From NCBI GenBank assembly GCA_963722655.1, contig CAVRNT010000001.1, positions 244,994 through 308,993 of the forward strand: a stretch of DNA of 64,000 nucleotides, read 5' to 3'. The notes under the pieces were generated by a model that searched no databases, was not told the DNA's origin, and saw only the letters and a list, made by a program, of their open reading frames with translations. Position 1 is the stretch's first letter, and each line of letters begins with the position of its first letter. Made by a program: the position numbers and the translations under genes. Shown piece by piece: positions 27,825 through 37,854 of the stretch. This stretch comes from an uncultured bacterium. Its GTDB lineage: Bacteria; Patescibacteriota; Minisyncoccia; UBA6257; GWB1-50-10.

Positions 27825-28882
27825 TCACCCTCATCGTCATATTAAGCCTCGCGGTCCTGGTCCTGCTCCACGAATTCGGCCACTTCATCGTGGCCAAACT
27901 TTTCAAGATGCAGGTGGACGAGTTCGGCATCGGCTTTCCGCCGCGCCTCTTGAAAAAGAAGATCGGCAAGACGCTCTACAGCTTGAACCTCCTGCCCTTC
28001 GGCGGCTTCGTGAAGATATACGGCGAGGAAGGGGAGAAGGACGTGAAGCGGAGCGAGCGGGGTTTCAACGAACGTAAGGGATGGCAGAGATTCCTCACCG
28101 TCATCGCGGGGGTCTGCATGAACTTCCTTCTCGGCTGGGTCATATTGAGCGTCGTTCTCATGATCGGCGCGCCCTCGCACCTCGTGGTCGCGGACGTCCT
28201 GCCGAACTCTCCGGCCGCCTCCGCCGGCATCCAAAGCGGCGACGTGATGCTTGGGGTCACATCCGGTGGCCAAACGCTCGCCGACCCGATCGACGTGAAC
28301 GCCTTCGTGGATTTGGTGAAGGCGAGCGAGGACAAGAACGTTTCGCTCGAGATCGGCCGCGGGAAGGAAACACTGAACCTCTCTTTGGAGAAGCGGGTGC
28401 CCGCGCCGCCCGGGGAAGGCCAACTCGGCGTTTCCTTGGCCGACGTGGGCTTCGCTGCCGAGCCCTTCTTCAAAAGCTTGGGCGACGGTTTCACCGAGAC
28501 CCTGAATATCATCGGCCTGACCTTCACCGGACTTTACACCGTCGTTGCCGGGCTGTTCGCGGTGGGCGGGAGCGCCCTCCAAGGGATCGCGGGGCCGGTC
28601 GGCATCGTCTTCCTCGCCTCGCAGGTCACCTCATTGGGCGTCGTCTATTTCCTTCAGCTCCTCGCCTTGATCTCCGTGAACCTGGCCGTCTTGAACCTTC
28701 TGCCCTTTCCGGCCCTGGACGGCGGCCGGGCGCTCTTCATTTTGATCGAGAAAATAAAGGGTTCTCCGGTGCCGAAAATTGCGGAAAACTGGATTAACGG
28801 TCTCGGGTTCATCGCGCTTATAATACTCATGGTGTTCGTGACGGCCCACGATTTAAGCCGTTTCCTCAACTGGAACATATGA
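27821..28882 (+). CDS. rseP: RIP metalloprotease RseP (M50) with PDZ domain
   Basis: HEFGH, NLLPFPALDGG. Confidence 0.95.
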   Translation: MITLIVILSLAVLVLLHEFGHFIVAKLFKMQVDEFGIGFPPRLLKKKIGKTLYSLNLLPFGGFVKIYGEEGEKDVKRSERGFNERKGWQRFLTVIAGVCMNFLLGWVILSVVLMIGAPSHLVVADVLPNSPAASAGIQSGDVMLGVTSGGQTLADPIDVNAFVDLVKASEDKNVSLEIGRGKETLNLSLEKRVPAPPGEGQLGVSLADVGFAAEPFFKSLGDGFTETLNIIGLTFTGLYTVVAGLFAVGGSALQGIAGPVGIVFLASQVTSLGVVYFLQLLALISVNLAVLNLLPFPALDGGRALFILIEKIKGSPVPKIAENWINGLGFIALIILMVFVTAHDLSRFLNWNI

Positions 28883-29853
28883 GAAACGGGACAAGAAAAA
28901 GAAAAAAGATAGCGGTGATGATGGGCGGACCTTCGCCCGAGCACGAGGTGTCGCTCAAGAGCGGCCAGAACGTCCTGAAGCATCTCAACCCGGAAAAGTT
29001 CGAGAGCTTCGAGTTCGTCATTCCGAGAAGCGGGGAGTGGCCGCTCCCGGCGGATGACCTGCGCGCCCGGGCGGACGTTGCCTTCATTGCGATGCACGGT
29101 CCGTACGGCGAGGATGGGACGGTCCAGCATATTTTGGAAATGATGCCGTTGCCCCACACCGGCTCCTCGGCCGCCTCATCCGCCTTGGGGATGAACAAGT
29201 TCATCTCTCTCCGGCACCTGGCCGATCACGGAATTTTGGTGCCGCGGACGCTCCTTTTCCACCGCCTGGAGTGGCAGCTGGACCGAGCGGCCGTTTTGCA
29301 GAAGATAAAATGGTATTTGGAAAAACCGTGGGTCGTGAAGCCCAATCGCGGCGGCTCAAGCATCGGTGTGCGCATCGCTCCCGAACCCGACGATCTTTTC
29401 CATGCGCTGGAGGCCGCTTTTACGGCCGACCCCGACGTCATCGTGGAGCCATTCATCTCCGGGAGGGAATACACCTGCGCGGTCTTGGACTCCGGTTTGC
29501 CGGGGACGGCCTTCGCCTTGCCGGTCACGGAGATCGTTCCGCAAAAGAGCCTGTTCTTTGACTACGAGGCCAAGTACACGCCGGGCGCTTCGCTCGAGAT
29601 CACTCCCGCCCGTGTGCCGCAATCGTATAAGACCGCTTTCCAGAGGATCGCGCTCCAAGCGCACCACGCCTTGGGCTGCCGGGGATTTTCGCGGACGGAC
29701 ATGATATTGGGGAAGGACAAAAAGATCTACGTTTTGGAAGTGAACACCATCCCGGGTCTCACTGAAAATTCTCTTCTTCCCAAGGCCACCGAGGTTTACG
29801 GTCTGCCGATGGAGAAGGTATTGGACATCGTGATAGAAGCGGCGCTGAGATAA
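28879..29853 (+). CDS. ddl: D-alanine-D-alanine ligase
   Basis: GGPSPEHEVSL, HGPYGEDG, GSSIG, LEVNTIPG. Confidence 0.95.
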   Translation: MRNGTRKRKKIAVMMGGPSPEHEVSLKSGQNVLKHLNPEKFESFEFVIPRSGEWPLPADDLRARADVAFIAMHGPYGEDGTVQHILEMMPLPHTGSSAASSALGMNKFISLRHLADHGILVPRTLLFHRLEWQLDRAAVLQKIKWYLEKPWVVKPNRGGSSIGVRIAPEPDDLFHALEAAFTADPDVIVEPFISGREYTCAVLDSGLPGTAFALPVTEIVPQKSLFFDYEAKYTPGASLEITPARVPQSYKTAFQRIALQAHHALGCRGFSRTDMILGKDKKIYVLEVNTIPGLTENSLLPKATEVYGLPMEKVLDIVIEAALR

Positions 29854-29884
29854 CAAGAACAAGCGACAAGGGACAAGAAACAAG
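29853..29884 (+). repeat. Short ACAAG-NN tandem repeat (5 copies, period about 7)
   Basis: ACAAG at 29853, 29859, 29866, 29873 and 29880. Confidence 0.6.
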
Positions 29885-29994
29885 CATGACGGCCGCTATT
29901 GACGAAATAGCGTTCTTTGGCGTATAACTTCGGTGAAATCAGGGAAGCTGATTTCAAGAGTTTCGTTATTTTCAAACTTAAAAGGAGATAATCA

Positions 29995-30507
29995 ATGGTA
30001 CAGTCTTTTCTACACCGTCATCCAGTGCTATCTATATTAGCTAGCGTTGCTGTAGGCGGCATTATTTCCGGAGTAATTGTATTGCTTGCAATCCTGACTA
30101 ATAACCAGGGAAAAGAAACACCATTTTCTAAGGAAAAAGTTTCTTTCATCAACACAGGACTCATTGTCGGCAAGCCGGTCGTGTACGAGATATCTCCCAA
30201 CTCCTTCATCAAGGTGAAGGTGGCATGGAACGGCCTAAACGGACATGAACCGCCGGGGATGCTGGACGTTTTGGTATCGACGCCAAAATCCGCCGATCTG
30301 TCGATAATGCAGTATCTGTCGCCCGGCAAGAAGATCTATTTCTACGTGGTGAACGTGACGCAGCAGATGCGCCAGCCGCCTTACGGTAGCAGCACTTTGA
30401 TCGGCATCGATATTCCCGAGATGGACGTGCTCGCGGCGGTGAAGGCCGATTCGGTCCAGGTCGTGGAAAGCGCGGCCGCAAAACAAAAACCGCCGAAATT
30501 TCCGTAA
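29995..30507 (+). CDS. Hypothetical membrane-anchored protein (orphan)
   Basis: N-terminal TM; AAAGGAG SD; own TTGACG/TATAAC promoter and terminator. Confidence 0.7.
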   Translation: MVQSFLHRHPVLSILASVAVGGIISGVIVLLAILTNNQGKETPFSKEKVSFINTGLIVGKPVVYEISPNSFIKVKVAWNGLNGHEPPGMLDVLVSTPKSADLSIMQYLSPGKKIYFYVVNVTQQMRQPPYGSSTLIGIDIPEMDVLAAVKADSVQVVESAAAKQKPPKFP

Positions 30508-30568
30508 ATATTCCATGAGGCACAGGCCGTGCGCAAGCAAATTGCGTGCGGCCTTTTTCTTTGTTAAT

Positions 30569-31837
30569 ATGGCTCCGATGAGGCAATCGGAGCTTTTCTC
30601 GAAGACGGCCAAGGACTTCCCCAAGGACGAGGTGGCCATAAACGCCCAGTATCTCATCCGGGCGAATTTCGTCGCCAAATTGATGGCCGGCGTTTATTCC
30701 TTCATGCCCCTGGGCCTCCGGACCTTGGACAAGATAATGGCGATCATCCGGGAGGAGATGAACGCGCTCGGCTCGAGCGAGATCTTGATGCCCGCCCTCC
30801 ATCCGCGCTCCATTTGGGACGCGACCGGCCGGTGGGAGACGATGAAGAAAGTGATGTACCAGTTCAAGGACGAGGGCGGCCACGAGTTCGGCCTCGGACC
30901 GACCCACGAAGAGGTCGTCGCCATCTTGGCCAAGGGCATCATCGGCTCCTACGCCGATCTGCCGATCTCGACCTACCAGATCCAGATGAAGTTCCGGAAC
31001 GAGCCGCGGGCCAAGTCGGGACTCATCCGCGGGCGCGAGTTCATCATGAAGGACCTCTACAGTTTCCACGCCGACGAGCAATCCTTAGACGAATTCTACG
31101 AGCGTTCCAAGAAGGCCTATTTGAACGTCTTCGAGCGCTGCGGGCTCAAGGCCTACGTGACCGAGGCCTCGGGCGGCGATTTCACCAAGAACTTCTCGCA
31201 TGAATTCATGGTGGAGACCCCGGCGGGCGAGGACGAGGTCCTCTTGTGCCGACTCTGCGGTTTCGCCCAGAACCAGGAGATCGCGGAGGTCAAAAAAGGC
31301 GCCCGCTGCCCCAAGTGCGAGAGCGGCGTTTTGGAAAAAGTGACGGCCGTCGAGGTGGGGAACATATTCAAACTGGGGACGAAGTTCTCGGAGGGGGCGA
31401 ACCTGTACTTCAAGGACAGGACCGGGGCCCAAAAGCCCGTCATCATGGCCTCCTATGGCATCGGCGTCGACCGCCTGATGGGGACTATCGTCGAGGTCCA
31501 TCACGACGAGAATGGCATCATCTGGCCCGAGGCGGTGGCCCCGTACCAGGTCCACCTTCTGCGCCTCGGCGACGAACCGGAGCTTCAAAAATTCGCGGAG
31601 GCGGCCTATAATCAGCTCACGAAATCCGGGGTCGAGGTGCTCTACGACGACCGGGGCAAAATTTCGGCCGGCGAGAAGTTCTTCGACGCCGACCTCATCG
31701 GGCTGCCGTACCGCGTCGTCGCGAGCGGCAAGACGATGGTCCAGGAGAAAGTGGAAGTGAAAAAGCGCGATGAAAAGGAGAGCAAGCTGATGAAAGTGGA
31801 AGAAGTGACGAAATATTTAAAGATCCAAAGACAATGA
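30569..31837 (+). CDS. proS: Prolyl-tRNA synthetase (short form without INS editing domain)
   Basis: GPTHEE, FRNEPRAKSGLIRGREF.MKD, EVGNIFKLG, MASYGIG. Confidence 0.96.
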   Translation: MAPMRQSELFSKTAKDFPKDEVAINAQYLIRANFVAKLMAGVYSFMPLGLRTLDKIMAIIREEMNALGSSEILMPALHPRSIWDATGRWETMKKVMYQFKDEGGHEFGLGPTHEEVVAILAKGIIGSYADLPISTYQIQMKFRNEPRAKSGLIRGREFIMKDLYSFHADEQSLDEFYERSKKAYLNVFERCGLKAYVTEASGGDFTKNFSHEFMVETPAGEDEVLLCRLCGFAQNQEIAEVKKGARCPKCESGVLEKVTAVEVGNIFKLGTKFSEGANLYFKDRTGAQKPVIMASYGIGVDRLMGTIVEVHHDENGIIWPEAVAPYQVHLLRLGDEPELQKFAEAAYNQLTKSGVEVLYDDRGKISAGEKFFDADLIGLPYRVVASGKTMVQEKVEVKKRDEKESKLMKVEEVTKYLKIQRQ

Positions 31838-32862
31838 TCTTCAAGAAAACATTGGGCATCGATCTCGGGACGGACACCACTCAGGTGTACCTCAAGGGGA
31901 CGGGGATAATTTTAAGCGAACCTTCGATCGTCGCCTTCAACAACCGGACGAACCGCGTGGTCGCGGTCGGCAACGACGCGAAGCGGATGCTCTCGCGCAC
32001 CCCGGCCCACGTCACCGCCCTCCGGCCGATGGTCGGCGGCGTGATCGGCGATTTCGATATGGCGAAGGAGATGATCGAGCGCTTTTTGAAGGACAAGCGC
32101 ATCCCGTGGTCTTGGCTCACTTCGACGATTGTCTCCGTGCCCACGAACCTCACGGAAGTGGAACGGAAATCGGTCGAGGACCTCCTCCGCGAGGTGGGGG
32201 TCGGCGAGGTCCATCTCGTGGAGCAGCCGATTGCGGCGGCCTTGGGGAGCCGGCTTACCATCAACGAGCCGACGGCCTACCTCATCGTCGATATCGGCGC
32301 CGGCACGACCGACATGGCCATCATCTCGATGGACGGCATTGTGAAGTCGCGCCGCCTCAAGATCGCCGGCGACTATTTGGACCAAGAGATAATGAAGAGT
32401 GTCCGGGACGAGTTCCGGCTCTTCGTCGGCGAGCCGACGGCCGAGGAGATCAAGATCGCGGTTGGCGCCGCCGTACCCCAGTCGGAGCACCTTGAGCTCG
32501 TCATCCGCGGCCGGGACGCTTCGACCGGCCTCCCGCGCGAGATGGTCATCAAGGACACCCAAGTCCGGCCTTGGATAACGCGGACCCTTAAGGCCCTCGT
32601 TGAGGCCTTGAAGGATCTTATTGACGAGACGCCGCCGGAGCTCGTGGGCGACATCTACAAGAACGGCGTCTATCTTTGCGGCGGCGGCAGTCTGCTCCGG
32701 GGCATCGATCAGCTCTTCCAAAAGGAAATCGGCGTCGAGGTGCGGATCGTGGACGAACCGCTCCTTTGCGTCGCCCGCGGGACGGGCCTCATCGCCGAGG
32801 ACCTGCGGACCTACGGGAACCTCCTCGACAACTTCGCGAGCACCAAGGTGATCAACCTATGA
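31834..32862 (+). CDS. mreB: Rod shape-determining actin MreB (copy 2)
   Basis: GIDLGT, DIGAGTTD, TPPELVGDI; followed by mreC. Confidence 0.95.
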   Translation: MIFKKTLGIDLGTDTTQVYLKGTGIILSEPSIVAFNNRTNRVVAVGNDAKRMLSRTPAHVTALRPMVGGVIGDFDMAKEMIERFLKDKRIPWSWLTSTIVSVPTNLTEVERKSVEDLLREVGVGEVHLVEQPIAAALGSRLTINEPTAYLIVDIGAGTTDMAIISMDGIVKSRRLKIAGDYLDQEIMKSVRDEFRLFVGEPTAEEIKIAVGAAVPQSEHLELVIRGRDASTGLPREMVIKDTQVRPWITRTLKALVEALKDLIDETPPELVGDIYKNGVYLCGGGSLLRGIDQLFQKEIGVEVRIVDEPLLCVARGTGLIAEDLRTYGNLLDNFASTKVINL

Positions 32863-33575
32863 GGTCGTTCAAGGTCTTGGTCTTGGGCCTCGCCGCGGTT
32901 ATAGTGCTCGGCTTGGCCTTTTGGGGGAGGGATGCCATTCTCGTTTTCTTCAATAACTTACGGCTGACCTTCACGGGGGCCGCCGATCCGAACTTCAACT
33001 ATCAAAATTTCAGCGCCTTGGAAACGGAGAATGCCGGCCTCAAGGCGGAACTTTCGAACTACTTGCGCTTCAAGAACGCCACCGGCACGCCCGTCTTCGG
33101 CGGTGGCCGGTACGAGTACCTCTCGGCCGAGGTCCAATCCGACTATCCCTTCAATGATTACGCGGCGATCGTGATCGGCGCGGGCGCGAAGGATGGATTG
33201 AAGCCCGGCATGCCGGTCCTCGAAGGCGACGGCGTCCTCATCGGGAAGGTCAACACCGTCTCGGGGAGTCAAAGCGAAGTGGAGACCATCTTCGACCCGG
33301 CTTGGCGGAGCGCCGTCGTCATCGGTTCCGGCCGGACGAAGGCCCTGCTTTCGGGCGGCACCACGCCGAATTTGGACCTCATCCCCAAGAACGCGGGGGT
33401 CCAGACGGGCGACCAAGTTTTGAGCATCGCGACCGATCTACCCATCGATCTACTAGTCGGGGGGATCTCGTCATTGAGCGCCAATCCTTCTGGGCTTTGG
33501 GCCAAGGCGACCTTGACCCTCCCGTGGGAACCGGGGAACTTGGACAAGATCTACGTCGTCACCAATTTCCCGTAG
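32859..33575 (+). CDS. mreC: Rod shape-determining protein MreC
   Basis: TM, coiled coil, G..DGLKPGMPV...LIGKV; position after mreB. Confidence 0.88.
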   Translation: MRSFKVLVLGLAAVIVLGLAFWGRDAILVFFNNLRLTFTGAADPNFNYQNFSALETENAGLKAELSNYLRFKNATGTPVFGGGRYEYLSAEVQSDYPFNDYAAIVIGAGAKDGLKPGMPVLEGDGVLIGKVNTVSGSQSEVETIFDPAWRSAVVIGSGRTKALLSGGTTPNLDLIPKNAGVQTGDQVLSIATDLPIDLLVGGISSLSANPSGLWAKATLTLPWEPGNLDKIYVVTNFP

Positions 33576-33578
33576 CCG

Positions 33579-34064
33579 ATGGCCGACATTTGGAAAATAG
33601 CCGTCTTCATCCTCCTCCTCGCCGCCGCGCTATTTTTGAGCGGCGCCCGTTTCATCTCCTTCGGCGGAGTCGCGCCGGACCTTCCGCTGCTCCTCTTCTT
33701 GCTCCTCTTCTTCCGGACGGAGGTCGGCCGGTCCTTGAAGCCTCTCACCTTCCTTTTCCTCATCGCCGCCTACCTCTTGTTCGCTCTGGTGATCTTCCGC
33801 TTTTGGTTTGCTCCGGCGCTCCTCCTCGGAGTCATCATCGCCATCCTATTCTTTTTTGGGCGGCGCTTGACCGGCGAGGCCTTCATCGATTTCATCATCG
33901 CGCTCGCTGTCGGGACGGTGGTCTTTTACGGTCTCGGCGCCGCCTTCTTCCACCGGCCGCTTTTGCCGTTCACGGCCGGAATGGAATTTCTGATCACTGC
34001 GGTCTTGGGCGCCATATTATGGTTCCCGGTCAGCTGGTTGGGTAAGATATTGCCGAGAAGATAA
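33579..34064 (+). CDS. mreD: MreD-like membrane protein
   Basis: Polytopic hydrophobic ORF with GVAPDL, between mreC and pbp2. Confidence 0.65.
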   Translation: MADIWKIAVFILLLAAALFLSGARFISFGGVAPDLPLLLFLLLFFRTEVGRSLKPLTFLFLIAAYLLFALVIFRFWFAPALLLGVIIAILFFFGRRLTGEAFIDFIIALAVGTVVFYGLGAAFFHRPLLPFTAGMEFLITAVLGAILWFPVSWLGKILPRR

Positions 34065-34067
34065 AAG

Positions 34068-35945
34068 ATGAAAAAGAACGAGATCGAATTGGAGGATATT
34101 TTGACGGACCACGCCGCCGAAGAAGACTTCGTCGAGGTACCGGTCGGCGACCGGGCCTTCCGAACGATGATGCTCCTCGCGCTCGTCCTCTCGCTCGTCG
34201 TCGTCTATCAAGTCCTCTATCTGAACGTCTTCCAGGGGAGTTTTTACGACCACCGGGCGCTCGTCAACATGAGCGATCCCAACGTGCAGATCGCGCCGCG
34301 GGGCATCATTTACGACCGGACCGGCAAGGCATTGGTCCAAAACGTCACCTCCTTCAACGTTTTTTTGACGCCGGGGTCGCTCCCCGATGACCCGTCGGCG
34401 CGTTCGGCGATCATCGCCCAAGCGGCGGGCATATTAGGTTTGGACCAGAACGCCATCCTTGAGGAGCTCGGCGCCAAGGACTGGAGCTTGAGCGACAAAC
34501 TGCCCCTCAAGGAGGACGTGAACCACGACGAGCTTGTCGCCCTTTCGGCCGCGAACCTCGCGGGCGTCGACGTCGAATCCGGCTTCAAACAGTCGCCCGT
34601 CACGCCTCTCGATCTTTCGCACGTTTTGGGATACACGGGGCTCGTCGGCGAGAGCGACCTTAAGGCGAACCAGGACCTCACGGTCGATGACCAGGTCGGC
34701 CGGGCCGGGCTCGAGGCGGAGTATGACGCCTATCTCCGGGGGACGGACGGCGAAAAACTGGTCCTCTCGAACGCCGCCGGCAAGGCCCAAACCGAGCGCA
34801 CCGTCCGCTTGCCCTCGCCCGGCGACGACGTCACGACCTACATCGACGCGGGACTTCAGGAATATTTCTATAATGACCTCCAAGCGGACATCCGCGCGTT
34901 GGGCCGGCAGATCGGCGTCGGCTTGGCCTTCGATCCGCAAAACGGCGAGGTGCTCGCCCTTTTCAACATCCCGTCATACGATCCGGGCAACGTTGCGGCG
35001 TCCTTGAACGGGCCGAACCAACCCCTCTTCGACCGGGCGGTCGCCGGTCTCTACAGCCCCGGCTCGACGATCAAGCCGCTAGATGCGGTCGGCGCCTTGG
35101 CTTCCGGCATCTTGAACCCCGATCACCAGATCTTCTCGCCGGGCTACCTCGACGTGCCGAACCCCTACGACCCGACGCATCCCAGCCGCTTCTTGGACTG
35201 GCAGTACCAAGGCTGGGTGGACCTCTACTCGGCGCTCGCGAAGTCGAGCGACGTCTACTTCTACGAGGTGGGCGGCGGTTTCGGCGATCAGACGGGACTC
35301 GGCATCACCCGCCTCAAGGAGTGGTGGCAGAAGTTCGGTTTGGGGGAGCCCACCGGCATCGACCTGCCGGGCGAAGCGAGCGGATTTTTGCCCGACCCGG
35401 CCTGGATGAAGAGTGCGAAGGGGGAGGACTGGCTTTTGGGTGACACCTTCAACGTCTCGATCGGCCAGGGCGACCTCACGGTCACGCCCGTGGAACTTTT
35501 GAACTACATCTCGGCCATCGCAAACGGCGGCAAGCTCTTCGCGCCGCGGGTGATGGAGAAGATCACCGATGCCGAGGGGAACGTCATTGCGGAAAGCCAG
35601 CCCAAGGTCCTCTCCGACCTCTCCGCCGAGATTGGACCCTACCTCAAGGACGTCCAGCAGGGGATGCGCGACGCCGTCACGAAACCCTACGGCACGGCCT
35701 ATCTGCTTCACGACCTGCCGCTCCCGGTCGCCGCGAAGACCGGTTCGGCCCAGGTCAAGAACAACACCGAGACGAACGCGCTCTTCGTCGGCTACGCCCC
35801 GGCGAATGACCCCCAGATCGCGCTACTCATCCTCGTCGAGAATGCCAAGGAAGGGAGCTTGAACGTCGTGCCGGTGGCGAGGGACGTTTTTTCGTGGTAT
35901 TATCAAAACCGGATATTGAACCAAGCGAAATCGACCAATGGATAA
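34068..35945 (+). CDS. mrdA: Penicillin-binding protein 2
   Basis: APRG.IYDR, STIK (SxxK), SSD (SxN variant), KTG. Confidence 0.93.
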   Translation: MKKNEIELEDILTDHAAEEDFVEVPVGDRAFRTMMLLALVLSLVVVYQVLYLNVFQGSFYDHRALVNMSDPNVQIAPRGIIYDRTGKALVQNVTSFNVFLTPGSLPDDPSARSAIIAQAAGILGLDQNAILEELGAKDWSLSDKLPLKEDVNHDELVALSAANLAGVDVESGFKQSPVTPLDLSHVLGYTGLVGESDLKANQDLTVDDQVGRAGLEAEYDAYLRGTDGEKLVLSNAAGKAQTERTVRLPSPGDDVTTYIDAGLQEYFYNDLQADIRALGRQIGVGLAFDPQNGEVLALFNIPSYDPGNVAASLNGPNQPLFDRAVAGLYSPGSTIKPLDAVGALASGILNPDHQIFSPGYLDVPNPYDPTHPSRFLDWQYQGWVDLYSALAKSSDVYFYEVGGGFGDQTGLGITRLKEWWQKFGLGEPTGIDLPGEASGFLPDPAWMKSAKGEDWLLGDTFNVSIGQGDLTVTPVELLNYISAIANGGKLFAPRVMEKITDAEGNVIAESQPKVLSDLSAEIGPYLKDVQQGMRDAVTKPYGTAYLLHDLPLPVAAKTGSAQVKNNTETNALFVGYAPANDPQIALLILVENAKEGSLNVVPVARDVFSWYYQNRILNQAKSTNG

Positions 35946-36396
35946 GAACTATTTGACGCAGGAGCGCTATGACGCGCTCGTCGCGGAGCTCGGGAAGCTC
36001 AAGACGGAGGGGAGGCAGGCGGTTGCCAAGCGCCTCAAGTTCGCTAAGGAGCTCGGCGACCTTTCGGAGAACGCCGAGTACGAATCGGCCCGGGAGGAAA
36101 AGGCGGACCTCGAAAAGAAGATCGTCCAGCTTGAAGCGCTCCTCCAGAACGCCTCCATCATCAAGGGAGGGAACGGCGGCGACGTCGTGAAGGTCGGCTC
36201 CAAAGTGAAGCTGACAAAGGGGGAGACGACCTTGGAGTACACGGTCGTCGGTTCGAACGAGGCGGACCCTTTGAAGGGCCTGATCTCGAACTCATCCCCT
36301 TTGGGCAGGGAGATATTGGGCAAGCGGAGCGGCGACCAGGTGGCCGTCCAGACGCCGAAGGGACTCATCCAGTACCAGATCGTCTCCGTCCTCTAA
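35938..36396 (+). CDS. greA: Transcription elongation factor GreA
   Basis: GDLSENAEY, IS.SSPLG. Confidence 0.97.
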   Translation: MDKNYLTQERYDALVAELGKLKTEGRQAVAKRLKFAKELGDLSENAEYESAREEKADLEKKIVQLEALLQNASIIKGGNGGDVVKVGSKVKLTKGETTLEYTVVGSNEADPLKGLISNSSPLGREILGKRSGDQVAVQTPKGLIQYQIVSVL

Positions 36397-36407
36397 ATTT
36401 TTTCCGT

Positions 36408-37850
36408 ATGTTGGAAGATCTCATCCAAGACAGGCGGCGGAAGCTCGACCGTTACGGCGAGGAGGTGGCCTATCCGGCGCGCGTGAGAAGAACGATGAAC
36501 ATCGCCGCGGCGCTCGAAAAGTTCGCCGCGCTCGCGCGGGCCAAAAAAAAGGTCTCGCTCGTGGGGCGGCTCATGTCCGTGCGCGACCAGGGGAAGATCA
36601 TCTTCGCCGATCTTAGAGACGAAGGCGGGGCGATCCAAATCCTCATCAAAAAGGACGAGACGAAGGATTTTGCCCGCCTGCGCTCGGCGCTCGACGCCGG
36701 GGACTTTTTGAGCGTCACGGGCGTTCTGACGAAGACCAAACGCGGGGAAAAGAGCATTGCGGCCAAAGAGGCAACGCTCGCCGCGAAGGCCCTCCGGCCG
36801 ATACCCAAGGAGTGGTTCGGCCTGGAGAACGAAGAGGTCCGCCTCCGCAAACGCTATTTGGATTCGATCTTGAACCCGGAGCTGCGGGGACTTTTCGCCA
36901 AGAAGAACCTTTTTTGGCAGACCGTCCGCCAGTTCCTCGCGGGCGAGGGATTTTTGGAGGTGGAGACGCCGGTTTTGGAAGGCGTGCCGGGCGGGGCCGA
37001 GGCCGAGCCGTTCATCACGCACCACAATGCGCTCGGCCGCGATTTCTATCTGCGCATCTCGTTGGAACTGCCTTTGAAGAAGATGCTCGTCGGCGGCTTC
37101 GAGAAGGTCTTCGAGATCGGCCGCATCTTCCGGAACGAGGGGATCGACCGCGAGCATCTGCAGGACTACTCCCAGATGGAGGTCTATTGGGCCTACGCCG
37201 ATTACAACGAGATGATGGCCTTGATGGAAAGGCTCTATAAAAAACTAGTGAAGGGTGTTTGCGGGTCGCTCAAGACCAAAAGCGGCGAGGTGACCATCGA
37301 TTGGGGCAAAAAGTGGCCGCATTACGGTTACTTCGAACTTTTCAGAAAATATTCCGGCCTCAATCTCAATAAGGCCTCGGTCAAGGACCTAAAGCGCAAA
37401 GCGAAGGAGCTGAAGGTCGCTTTCGACCCGAAATCCGGCAAGGGACGGCTCATCGACCTCATTTACAAAAAGACCGTCCGGCCGAAGCTCATCCAGCCCT
37501 GTTTTCTCGTCGACCCGCCGGTCGAGATCGAGCCCTTGGCGAAGCGCGTGCCGGGCGAGCCGGAAAAGGTGGAGCGTTTCCAAATAATGGCGGCCGGCAC
37601 GGAACTCGGGAAAGGGTTCTCGGAACTGAACGACCCGGTGGACCAGCGGAAGCGTTTCGAAAACCAGGCGGAGCTGCGTAGTGAGGGCGACAAGGAGGCT
37701 CAGATGACGAGCGAGGATTTCCTGGAGGCCTTGGAGTACGGGATGCCGCCGGCGGCCGGCTTCGGCGTTTCGGAAAGGCTCTTTGCGGTCATAGTGGACA
37801 AGCCGGTGCGGGAGACGGTCTTCTTCCCGCTGATGCGCGAAGAAAAATGA
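36408..37850 (+). CDS. lysS: Lysyl-tRNA synthetase (class II)
   Basis: FLEVETP, GGAEAEPF.THHN, FRNEGID, LEYGMPP. Confidence 0.97.
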   Translation: MLEDLIQDRRRKLDRYGEEVAYPARVRRTMNIAAALEKFAALARAKKKVSLVGRLMSVRDQGKIIFADLRDEGGAIQILIKKDETKDFARLRSALDAGDFLSVTGVLTKTKRGEKSIAAKEATLAAKALRPIPKEWFGLENEEVRLRKRYLDSILNPELRGLFAKKNLFWQTVRQFLAGEGFLEVETPVLEGVPGGAEAEPFITHHNALGRDFYLRISLELPLKKMLVGGFEKVFEIGRIFRNEGIDREHLQDYSQMEVYWAYADYNEMMALMERLYKKLVKGVCGSLKTKSGEVTIDWGKKWPHYGYFELFRKYSGLNLNKASVKDLKRKAKELKVAFDPKSGKGRLIDLIYKKTVRPKLIQPCFLVDPPVEIEPLAKRVPGEPEKVERFQIMAAGTELGKGFSELNDPVDQRKRFENQAELRSEGDKEAQMTSEDFLEALEYGMPPAAGFGVSERLFAVIVDKPVRETVFFPLMREEK

Positions 37851-37854
37851 TCAA

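Noticed and set aside
25488-32862. Two mreB paralogues and a short ProRS as novelties
   Set aside because: Both are common in bacteria.
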